Below are positions 1-7,468 of a DNA stretch of 32,000 bases, piece by piece (the stretch's first letter is position 1; each line of letters begins with the position of its first letter). A model generated the notes under the pieces. The model worked only from the letters and a program-made list of their open reading frames with translations, was not told where the DNA came from and did no database searches. Origin of the DNA: Cupriavidus necator (GTDB lineage Bacteria; Pseudomonadota; Gammaproteobacteria; Burkholderiales; Burkholderiaceae); assembly GCF_016127575.1 (NCBI RefSeq), contig NZ_CP066018.1:450001-482000 (forward strand), in the 5' to 3' direction. The position numbers and the translations under genes were made by a program.

Positions 1-376
1 GCATCCGCGCGGCGCGCGCTCGCTGTCGAGCCACCTGCAAAGCCGGCTCGGCCTCACCGGCGTCAAGGCCGGACTGCTGCGCGAATGCCTGTCGAAGGAA
101 GCGATGCACGATGCCGGCACGCTGGCCGCATCGATCAAGGCGCTGCCGCTGCGGCTGCTGCGCCCGCGGCCCATCGACGAAGTGATCAGCAGCGCCGGTG
201 GCGTGCGCTTCGAGGCGATGGATGAAGGGTTGATGCTGCGCGCGCTGCCGGGCGTGTTCTGCGCCGGCGAGATGCTGGACTGGGAGGCACCCACCGGCGG
301 CTACCTGCTGACGGCGTGCTTTGCCAGCGGGCGCACCGCAGCGCTCGGCGCCGCGGCTTACCTGCAGCAGGCTTAG
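1..376 (+). CDS. C-terminal part of a BaiN/HI0933-like (TIGR03862-type) NAD(FAD)-utilising flavoprotein. The 5' end lies outside the window.
   Basis: The frame is open from base 2 to TAG 374-376. The C-terminal signature LPGVFCAGEMLDWEAPTGGYLLTACFASG is typical of this flavoprotein family. GC3-rich codons. Confidence 0.6.
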   Translation, partial: HPRGARSLSSHLQSRLGLTGVKAGLLRECLSKEAMHDAGTLAASIKALPLRLLRPRPIDEVISSAGGVRFEAMDEGLMLRALPGVFCAGEMLDWEAPTGGYLLTACFASGRTAALGAAAYLQQA

Positions 377-1998
377 GCGGCCTTGCCGCCGACGATGCTG
401 AGCGCCACCGCCTCGGCCACTTCGATGCCGTCGATCGCCGCGGAGTAGATGCCGCCGGCATAACCCGCGCCTTCGCCCGCCGGGTACAGGCCCTTCACAT
501 TGATGCTCTGGTAGTCATCGTTGTTGCGGCGGATGCGCAGCGGCGACGAGGTGCGCGTCTCCACCCCGGTCAGCACGGCATCATGCAGGGCAAAGCCAGG
601 CAGCTTCTTGTCGATCTCGGGAATGCCCTCGCGGATCGCCGCGATCACGTAGTCAGGCAGCGACGTGCTCAGGTCGGTCGGCGTCACGCCGGGCTTGTAC
701 GAGGGCTCGACCGAACCCAGCGACGTCGACGGCCGTCCCGCGATGAAATCGCCCACCAGCTGGCCCGGCGCGCAGTAGTTGCTGCCGCCCAGCTCGAACG
801 CGCGCTCTTCCCACTTGCGCTGGAATTCGATGCCGGCGAGCGGGCCGCCGGGATAGTCCTCGGGCGTGATGCCGACCACGATGCCGGCATTGGCGTTGCG
901 CTCGGCGCGCTTGTACTGGCTCATGCCGTTGGTCACCACTCGGCCCGGCTCTGACGCAGCCGCCACCACCGTGCCGCCCGGGCACATGCAGAAGCTGTAC
1001 ACCGACCGCCCGTTGCTGCAGTGATGCACGACCTTGTAATCGGCCGCGCCCAGCAGCTTGTTGCCGGCGAACTTGCCGAAGCGGCTGCGGTTGATCAGCC
1101 CCTGCGGATGCTCGATGCGGAAACCCAGCGAGAACGGCTTGGCCTCCATGAACACGCCGCGCCTGTGCAGCATCTCGAAGGTGTCGCGCGCGCTGTGGCC
1201 GACCGCCATGATGACGTGGTCGGCTTCCAGGTATTCGCCGCTGGACAGCTTCAGGCCGCGCACCTGGCCGTTGTCGATGTCGATATCGTCGACGCGCGTC
1301 TCGAAGCGGATCTCGCCGCCCAGTTCGATGATCTCGGCGCGCATCTTCTCGACCATGCTGACCAGCCGGAAGGTACCGATGTGCGGGCGCGCCTTGTACA
1401 GGATGTCCTCCGGCGCGCCGGCGCGCACGAACTCGTTGAGCACCTTGCGGCCATAGTGCTTGGGGTCCTTGATCTGGCTGTACAGCTTGCCGTCCGAGAA
1501 CGTGCCCGCGCCGCCTTCCCCGAACTGCACGTTCGATTCCGGATTGAGCACGCTTTTGCGCCACAGGCCGAAGGTGTCCCTGGTGCGCTCGCGCACTTCC
1601 TTGCCGCGCTCCAGGATGATCGGGCGGAAGCCCGACTGCGCCAGGATCAGGCCGGCCAGCAGGCCGCACGGGCCCATGCCGATCACCACCGGGCGCGGAT
1701 GCGAGCTGCCCGCCTGCGCGCGCGCGACGAAGTGGTACGCCATGTCGGGCGTCACGCTCCAGTTCGGCTTGCCGGCCATGCGTTTGATTGCCGCGGCCTC
1801 GTCGCCGACCTCGATATCGATGATGTAGGTGAGCTTGATATCCGAGCGCTTGCGCGCATCGTGGGCACGGCGGAACACGGTATAGCCGATCAGGGCGTCT
1901 CCCTTGACGCCGATCTGCGCGGCGCTGGTGCGCACGGCGGCGTCCAGGTCGCTTTCGGTATGGTCGAGCGGGAGTTTGACTTCACTTAGACGTAGCAT
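373..1998 (-). CDS. FAD-dependent oxidoreductase (COG2509-type uncharacterised FAD-dependent dehydrogenase)
   Basis: 553-codon ORF with a dinucleotide-binding motif VVIGMGPCGLLAGLILAQSG...ILERG. The family-typical N-terminus MLRLSEVKLPLDH favours the ATG at 1998 over 2034. Its stop (TAA, 373-375) overlaps the stop of the convergent gene. Confidence 0.75.
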   Translation of the reverse strand: MLRLSEVKLPLDHTESDLDAAVRTSAAQIGVKGDALIGYTVFRRAHDARKRSDIKLTYIIDIEVGDEAAAIKRMAGKPNWSVTPDMAYHFVARAQAGSSHPRPVVIGMGPCGLLAGLILAQSGFRPIILERGKEVRERTRDTFGLWRKSVLNPESNVQFGEGGAGTFSDGKLYSQIKDPKHYGRKVLNEFVRAGAPEDILYKARPHIGTFRLVSMVEKMRAEIIELGGEIRFETRVDDIDIDNGQVRGLKLSSGEYLEADHVIMAVGHSARDTFEMLHRRGVFMEAKPFSLGFRIEHPQGLINRSRFGKFAGNKLLGAADYKVVHHCSNGRSVYSFCMCPGGTVVAAASEPGRVVTNGMSQYKRAERNANAGIVVGITPEDYPGGPLAGIEFQRKWEERAFELGGSNYCAPGQLVGDFIAGRPSTSLGSVEPSYKPGVTPTDLSTSLPDYVIAAIREGIPEIDKKLPGFALHDAVLTGVETRTSSPLRIRRNNDDYQSINVKGLYPAGEGAGYAGGIYSAAIDGIEVAEAVALSIVGGKAA

Positions 1999-2065
1999 GG
2001 GGAACCCGAGAACTGCGGCCGGGGGGTTGGGCACACCAATGTGCCAGGCCGGCCGGAGCGCAATT

Positions 2066-2437
2066 TTATAGGCTTTCGGGCGCGGAGTCGGGAATCTGGC
2101 GGGATTCGGGCTGGCGGGCCGGGCCGGTGCGGCGCCAGGACAACGCCAGCCAGGCTTGCAGCCGGGGCAGCCAGCCCGGCGGGTCAGTGATCGACAATGC
2201 GCCGGCGCGGCTTGCCGACAGCGTCAGCCAGCCGCGCGCGGGCACGGTCCACGTATCGCCCGCGCGCAGGCGCCGCCGCGGTACGTAGCAGGTCTCGGCC
2301 AGCCATTGGGGCGGCCCGGCCAGCTCCAGTTCACCCGCGCCGGCATGCAGCACGGTGCCCGCCGCCACGCGCAGGCGCAGGCACTGGCCGGCCAGAAGCG
2401 GTACCACGGTTGATGTGTCGTTGAGATCGCTTTGCAT
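2066..2437 (-). CDS. Small DUF2917-like (cupin-like) hypothetical protein
   Basis: 123-aa ORF with a GGAG SD 7 nt upstream of ATG 2437. It is divergent from a MocR regulator, a pairing I recall as common in Burkholderiales. The family name is from memory. Confidence 0.5.
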   Translation of the reverse strand: MQSDLNDTSTVVPLLAGQCLRLRVAAGTVLHAGAGELELAGPPQWLAETCYVPRRRLRAGDTWTVPARGWLTLSASRAGALSITDPPGWLPRLQAWLALSWRRTGPARQPESRQIPDSAPESL

Positions 2438-2439
2438 GG

Positions 2440-2468
2440 CAGGACTCCGGTAACAGGCACAGGACTCC
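2440..2468 (-). promoter_or_regulatory. Two direct copies of GGAGTCCTG (minus-strand reading) spaced 20 nt, in the DUF2917/MocR divergent spacer
   Basis: CAGGACTCC occurs at 2440-2448 and 2460-2468. The proximal copy contains the SD of the DUF2917-like gene. Confidence 0.3.
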
Positions 2469-2604
2469 AGCCTATCGACCTGATCTCAGCCGCGGCAGGC
2501 ACACCGCGGAACCGCCTGGACCGGAACAGCCATGCGAATTCAGCCCTGTTACGATACAGTCGCCCCGCTTCTGTATCTGTACTGATGCGGCCAACCGCGC
2601 CACG

Positions 2605-4050
2605 ATGGCCCCAATGGAATCCGCCCCGCTCTACCGCCAGGTTGCCGGCCACTACCGCCGCGCCATCGAATCCGGAACGCTCGCCGCCGGTGACCGCATG
2701 CCGTCGGTGCGCGCGCTGATGGCGCTGCACAGTGTGAGCCTGTCCACCGCGCTGCAGGCATGCAGGCAGCTCGAGAGCGACGGCTTGCTGGAAGCGCGGC
2801 CGCGCTCGGGTTATTTCGTCGCGGCACCGCTGCGTTCGCCGCTGGCGGCGCTGGCCGAGCCGGCCGCGGCCTTGCCTGATCCGGCGCAGTATGTCGGCAT
2901 CCACCAGCGCATTTCCGGCTTGCTGGCGCGTGGCCAGCACCAGCATGTGCATACCAACCTGGGCGGCGCCTATTGCGCGCCGTCACTGTATCCGACCGAG
3001 GCGCTGCGCAGCGCCGCGACCCGTGCGCTGCGCCGGCATCCGATGCTGTTCGGCGAAGCGGTCGAGCCCGAGGGCTACCAGCCGCTGCGCTCCGCGCTGG
3101 CGCGCCAGGCGTTGCGGGCGCGCGTGCAGCTCGCGCCGGAAGAAATCGTCATCACCAACGGCTGCACCGAGGCGCTCAACCTCGCGCTGCGCGCGGTGGC
3201 GGGGCCGGGCGACGTGATCGCGGTGGAATCGCCGACCTACTACGGCCTGCTGCAGATCCTGGAAAGCCTGGGCATGCGCGCGCTGGAGATCCCGTGCAGC
3301 CCCCAGACCGGCATCTCGCTGGAGGCGCTGGAGCTGGCCGCGCAGCACTACGACAACATCCGTGCGGTGGCGGTGGTGCCCAACCTGCAGAACCCGCTCG
3401 GCTGCATCATGCCGGACGCGCACAAGGCGCGGCTGGTGCAGTGGTGCGAAGCGCGCGGCATCGCGCTGATCGAGGACGACTGCTTCTCGGCCACCGCCGA
3501 CAGCGATGCGCCGCCGGCCGCGGCCAAGGCCTGGGATGGCAGCGGCAACGTGATCCACTGCGCTTCGCTGCACAAGGTGCTGGCGCCCGGCATGCGCCTG
3601 GGCTGGATCGCCGCCGGCAAATGGCAGGCGCGCGTGGAAATGCTCAAGTTCGGCCTGTCGCGGCCCAACGAGATGCTGTCGCAGATGGCGGCCGCCGACT
3701 TCCTGGCTTCCGGCGCGCACGACCGCCACCTGCGCCGGCTGCGCACCCGGCTGTGCGCGCAGCGCGAATGGTTCGCGCAGGCCATCGCCGCAAGCTTTCC
3801 CGCCGGCACGCGGCTGGGGTCCCCGCGCGGCGGCATGCACCTGTGGGTGGAACTGCCCGCCCAGATATCGTCCGAGGCGGTGTTCGACCAGGCGCTGCAG
3901 GCCGGCATCCGCGTGATGCCGGGCGTGATGTTCTCCAACGCCGGCCGCTTCGACCACTGCCTGCGCGTCAACTGCGGCACGCCGCGCTCGGCGCAGATCG
4001 AGCGGGCGCTGGGCACGCTGGCCGCCATCGTGCAGCGGCTGGCGGGCTAG
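2605..4050 (+). CDS. MocR-subfamily GntR transcriptional regulator (N-terminal wHTH fused to a fold-type-I PLP aminotransferase-like domain)
   Basis: 481 aa. The wHTH is PLYRQVAGHYRRAIESGTLAAGDRMPSVRALMALHSVSLSTALQACRQLESDGLLEARPRSGYFV. The C-terminal domain is aminotransferase-like and includes SLHKVLAPGMRLGW. Confidence 0.85.
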   Translation: MAPMESAPLYRQVAGHYRRAIESGTLAAGDRMPSVRALMALHSVSLSTALQACRQLESDGLLEARPRSGYFVAAPLRSPLAALAEPAAALPDPAQYVGIHQRISGLLARGQHQHVHTNLGGAYCAPSLYPTEALRSAATRALRRHPMLFGEAVEPEGYQPLRSALARQALRARVQLAPEEIVITNGCTEALNLALRAVAGPGDVIAVESPTYYGLLQILESLGMRALEIPCSPQTGISLEALELAAQHYDNIRAVAVVPNLQNPLGCIMPDAHKARLVQWCEARGIALIEDDCFSATADSDAPPAAAKAWDGSGNVIHCASLHKVLAPGMRLGWIAAGKWQARVEMLKFGLSRPNEMLSQMAAADFLASGAHDRHLRRLRTRLCAQREWFAQAIAASFPAGTRLGSPRGGMHLWVELPAQISSEAVFDQALQAGIRVMPGVMFSNAGRFDHCLRVNCGTPRSAQIERALGTLAAIVQRLAG

Positions 4051-4202
4051 CCCTGGCGCCTGCCTGCAATATCCCTCCCCTTTTGCCTGCGCCTCGCCTA
4101 TGCTAATGCGCTGGTGCGCAGGGGCGGCCCGGCTGGTCTCCGGGGGCGAAGACCGACCACGGGGCGCCGTGCACCACGGGAAAAAGAAGAAGGAGAAAAG
4201 CC

Positions 4203-5708
4203 TTGAGCAGTGCATCCGCGGCAACGTCCGTCGGCAAGAGTGCCGGCAACCCTGCCGGCAACAACCTGGACGACTATCAAACCCTGTTCCAACTGGCACC
4301 TGTCTCGCTGTGGCTGGAAGACTTCAGCGCCGTGCGCGAGTATTTTGCGCAACTGCGCAAGGAAGGTGTCACCGACCTGCGCGCCCACCTGCGCGCGGAC
4401 CCGCGGCAAGCGGCGCAGTGCTCGGCGCTGATCCGCGTGATCGACGTGAACCAGCGCACGCTGGAGCTGTTCCGGGCAGCCGATCTCGACGACCTGGTGG
4501 CCAACCTCGACACAGTCTTCCGCGACGACATGCTCGACCAGCATGTCGAGGAGCTCGGCCAGTTGTGGGACGGCGGCAATCGCTTCGCCAGCCAGACCGT
4601 CAACTACGCGCTGGATGGCGAGCGGCTCGATATCCAGCTGGAGGCCACGGTGTTGCCGGGCCACGAAGATACCTGGGAGCGCGTGCTGTTGTCGATCAGG
4701 GACATCACCCCGCGCATGCGCACCGAGCGTGAACTGCGCCGCAGCGAGCAGTATGCGCTGGGACTGTTCGAGCATTCGCCGGTGTCGCTGTGGGTAGAGG
4801 ACTTCAGCGCGGTCAAGGTGCTGCTCGATGAAGTGCGCGGCGCCGGCATCACCGACTTCCGCACCTTCCTCAACGTGCATCCGGACTTTGTCTCACGCTG
4901 CATGCAGGAGATCCGAGTGCTCGACGTCAACCAGCAGACGCTGCAGATGTTCGGCGCGGACAGCAAGCAGGCCCTGCTGTCGCGGCTGGGCGATGTGTTC
5001 CGCGACGACATGCGCATCCATTTTGCCGAGCAGCTGATCGACCTCTGGCACGAGAAGCTGTGGCAGCAGCGCGAAGTCATCAACTACGCGCTCGATGGCC
5101 GCGCCGTGGACGTCTTCATGCAGTGGTCGGTATTCCCCGGGCGGGAAGCGGACTGGGACCAGGTGCTGGTGTCGCTGACCGATATCACGGCGCGCAAGAA
5201 GGCAGAAGCCTATGTCGAGTTCCTGGGCAAGCACGACGTGCTGACCAAGCTCTACAACCGCGCCTACTATGAGGACGAGCTGGCGCGGCTGGGCCGCAAG
5301 GGCCCGTGGCCGGTCAGCGTGGTGGCGGTGGACCTGAACGGCCTCAAGGTGGTCAACGACCAGTTCGGCCATGCCGACGGTGACGGGCTGCTGCGCCGCA
5401 CCGGCGAGGTGTTGAAGAAGGCGGTGGGCGAGCAGGCCTGCGTGGCGCGTATCGGCGGCGACGAGTTCATGATCCTGCTGCCCGGGCGCGACGAGCGCGG
5501 CGCCGCCACGGTGGTCGAGCAGATCGGCAAGGTGGTGGAGCTGAACAACCAGTTCTACCCGGGCACACGCCTGAGCCTTTCCATCGGCCACGCCACCTGT
5601 CTGCAGGGCGACCGGCTGAATGAGGTCGTCAAGCTGGCCGACAGCCGCATGTATCAAGCCAAGCGCGACTACTACACCACGCTGGCCAACGAACGCCGCC
5701 GCGATTGA
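4203..5708 (+). CDS. Diguanylate cyclase with two tandem PAS-like sensor modules (PAS-PAS-GGDEF)
   Basis: TTG start at 4203, 7 nt after AGGAG (4191-4195). The GGDEF active site is RIGGDEFMILLPG. I see no RxxD I-site 5 residues upstream. The two PAS-like modules are clearly related (aa 28-170 and 188-330). Confidence 0.85.
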   Translation: MSSASAATSVGKSAGNPAGNNLDDYQTLFQLAPVSLWLEDFSAVREYFAQLRKEGVTDLRAHLRADPRQAAQCSALIRVIDVNQRTLELFRAADLDDLVANLDTVFRDDMLDQHVEELGQLWDGGNRFASQTVNYALDGERLDIQLEATVLPGHEDTWERVLLSIRDITPRMRTERELRRSEQYALGLFEHSPVSLWVEDFSAVKVLLDEVRGAGITDFRTFLNVHPDFVSRCMQEIRVLDVNQQTLQMFGADSKQALLSRLGDVFRDDMRIHFAEQLIDLWHEKLWQQREVINYALDGRAVDVFMQWSVFPGREADWDQVLVSLTDITARKKAEAYVEFLGKHDVLTKLYNRAYYEDELARLGRKGPWPVSVVAVDLNGLKVVNDQFGHADGDGLLRRTGEVLKKAVGEQACVARIGGDEFMILLPGRDERGAATVVEQIGKVVELNNQFYPGTRLSLSIGHATCLQGDRLNEVVKLADSRMYQAKRDYYTTLANERRRD

Positions 5709-5719
5709 AGCCTGGCGGC

Positions 5720-5974
5720 TCAGCCCGGCGTGCATTCGCCGCGCATCAGCGCCCACTCCTCGCATTGCTTGCCTGACGGGAAGATGCAGATGCCGGACTG
5801 GCCGGCCGGGGTCGACACGATCTGCAGCTTGCCGCCGCGCTGCGTGCAGTTGACGGAGGCGGGGTTGGGCTTGCCGATTGTCTGGGCGCTCCCCGGGCGC
5901 TCTGCCGGGGTGTTGCTGCAAGCGGCCGCGCCAACGACAGCGAAGGCCAGCAACACTGCAATACGGGTGCGCAT
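5720..5974 (-). CDS. DUF333 family lipoprotein (annotated in databases as putative hemolysin)
   Basis: The signal peptide plus lipobox is MRTRIAVLLAFAVVGAAAC. The DUF333 signature is NPASVNC..RGGKL......G..GIC.FPSGKQCEEWALMRGEC. A GGAG lies upstream of ATG 5974. Confidence 0.75.
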   Translation of the reverse strand: MRTRIAVLLAFAVVGAAACSNTPAERPGSAQTIGKPNPASVNCTQRGGKLQIVSTPAGQSGICIFPSGKQCEEWALMRGECTPG

Positions 5975-6008
5975 CGGGATCTCCGCGAGGAAAAGAAACG
6001 GGCCCATT

Positions 6009-6048
6009 GTTTGCTCCCCTCTCCCGCCTGCGGGAGAGGGGAGCAAAC
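6009..6048 (-). terminator. Perfect 17-bp stem / 6-nt loop hairpin (REP-like), a possible terminator downstream of lpxO
   Basis: GTTTGCTCCCCTCTCCC gcctgc GGGAGAGGGGAGCAAAC. It lies 17 nt after the lpxO stop. On the minus strand the T-rich tract starts only about 10 nt after the stem. Confidence 0.5.
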
Positions 6049-6064
6049 CGCCGGATTTTGCTTC

Positions 6065-6967
6065 TTACAGGAAGACGATCAGCCCCACGCCCAGCACGAT
6101 CAGGCCGAACTTGGTGACGTAGTAAAGCTGGCGGTTCCAGGCCTTGAAGCGGCGGCGATACTGGCCGCCCAGCCAGACAAAGCGGAACAGCCGGTTGATC
6201 ATGCCGGTCTGGTCGTGCTCGTCATTGGGCGAGCTGGCCGCGGTCATGACCTTGCGGCCCATCCAGTGGTTGAACTTCGCAGCCCAGCCGTAGCGCATCG
6301 GGCGCTCGATATCGCAGAACAGGATCAGCCGGTTGGCATCGCTGCGGTTCTCGGCCCAGTGCAGGTAGGTTTCGTCGAAGACCACGCCCTCACCGTCGCG
6401 CCAGCTGTGGCGCTCGCCGTCGACCTCGATAAAGCAGCGGTCGTCGTTCGGCGTGGCCAGGCCCAGGTGGTAGCGCAGCGAGCCGGCGAACGGGTCGCGG
6501 TGCGGGTTGAGCTTGCCGCCCGGCGGCAGCTCGGCAAACATCGCCGCCTTCACCGTGGGCAGCTCGCGCAGCAGCGCCACGGTCTTGGGGCAGAGCTGCT
6601 CGGCCGACGGGTGCTGGGCCTCGTACCACTTCAGGTAGAAGCGCTTCCAGCCGTACTTGAAGAAGGAATTGAAGCCGGCGTCGTCGTTCTTGTCCGCTGC
6701 CTTGATCTTGCGCATCGCGGTCAGCGCCAGCCCTTCGTCGCGGATCTCGGGCCAGGCGGCGCGCAGCTTTTCCAGGTCGGGGAAATTGTCGACCGGGATG
6801 TACGGCGTGCGGGGCACGCCCGAGAACGCATACATGAAGCAGTTGATCGGGGCCACCAGGGCCGAATGGTCCAGCAGCTGGCGCCAGATGCGCAGGCGCA
6901 CCTTGCCGCGGAAGTGCACATACAGCACGGCACCGAGGTAGCCCGCGACGATAATCCACTTGATCAC
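6065..6967 (-). CDS. lpxO: Lipid A 2-hydroxylase LpxO (Asp/Asn beta-hydroxylase family, Fe(II)/2-oxoglutarate dependent)
   Basis: GTG start at 6967, 5-6 nt after AGGAGG. N-terminal TM is IKWIIVAGYLGAVLYVHFRGKVR. The core is GGKLNPHRDPFAGSLRYHLGL...VFDETYLHWAEN. There is also a C-terminal TM. About 300 aa, as expected for LpxO. Confidence 0.8.
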   Translation of the reverse strand: MIKWIIVAGYLGAVLYVHFRGKVRLRIWRQLLDHSALVAPINCFMYAFSGVPRTPYIPVDNFPDLEKLRAAWPEIRDEGLALTAMRKIKAADKNDDAGFNSFFKYGWKRFYLKWYEAQHPSAEQLCPKTVALLRELPTVKAAMFAELPPGGKLNPHRDPFAGSLRYHLGLATPNDDRCFIEVDGERHSWRDGEGVVFDETYLHWAENRSDANRLILFCDIERPMRYGWAAKFNHWMGRKVMTAASSPNDEHDQTGMINRLFRFVWLGGQYRRRFKAWNRQLYYVTKFGLIVLGVGLIVFL

Positions 6968-7124
6968 CGAAATCCTCCTGGTCAGCCGCCTCCGCCGCGT
7001 GTCAGTCACAGCGCGGACCGGCTGGGTGAAAACGCGTATTTTAGCGAAACGGCAGAGCCGCCGCAGCTTGAGACGATTGCGGCACATGGCCCGCGGTGCG
7101 GGCCGGGAAGTCAGGCTGGCGCGT

Positions 7125-7436
7125 TCAGGCCCCGCCGCGCGACTGCCGCGCGATGCGCTCGATCAGCGCCTGGGCGTCGTCGGGCAGGCCCTGCAGCCTC
7201 AGCAAGCGCGCGTTCAGCACCAGGTTTTCCAGCACCAGCTTGGCTGTCGAGGCCCACATCGTGGCCAGCAGCGCTTCCACCGGCAGGCCGGACGCCTCCA
7301 TCTCGCTGGAGCGCTCGGCGATCAGCCGGCACGCCAGCCGGCGCAGCGCAGCGTCGTCGAACGGCAGGTCGGCGTAGTCGATGGGGTCTTCCTTCTCGAC
7401 TTCCGTCATCAGTTGCAGCAGGGTGTCTTCTGTCAT
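7125..7436 (-). CDS. Hypothetical small acidic protein (103 aa), probably co-transcribed with the DUF2252 gene
   Basis: A GGAG lies 7 nt upstream of ATG 7436, and the gene starts 32 nt after the DUF2252 stop. GC3-rich codons. I recognise no family. Confidence 0.55.
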   Translation of the reverse strand: MTEDTLLQLMTEVEKEDPIDYADLPFDDAALRRLACRLIAERSSEMEASGLPVEALLATMWASTAKLVLENLVLNARLLRLQGLPDDAQALIERIARQSRGGA

Positions 7437-7468
7437 GGGCAGACTCCTGGCCAGGCAAGGCGCGTGGG

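Noticed and set aside
4157-4179. Three-segment CCACGG / CCGTG / CCACGG arrangement able to form two mutually exclusive 5-bp hairpins just upstream of the GGDEF gene SD (attenuator-like)
   Set aside because: The stems are only 5 bp in GC-rich DNA. There is no leader peptide or U-tract. It cannot be distinguished from chance without comparative data.
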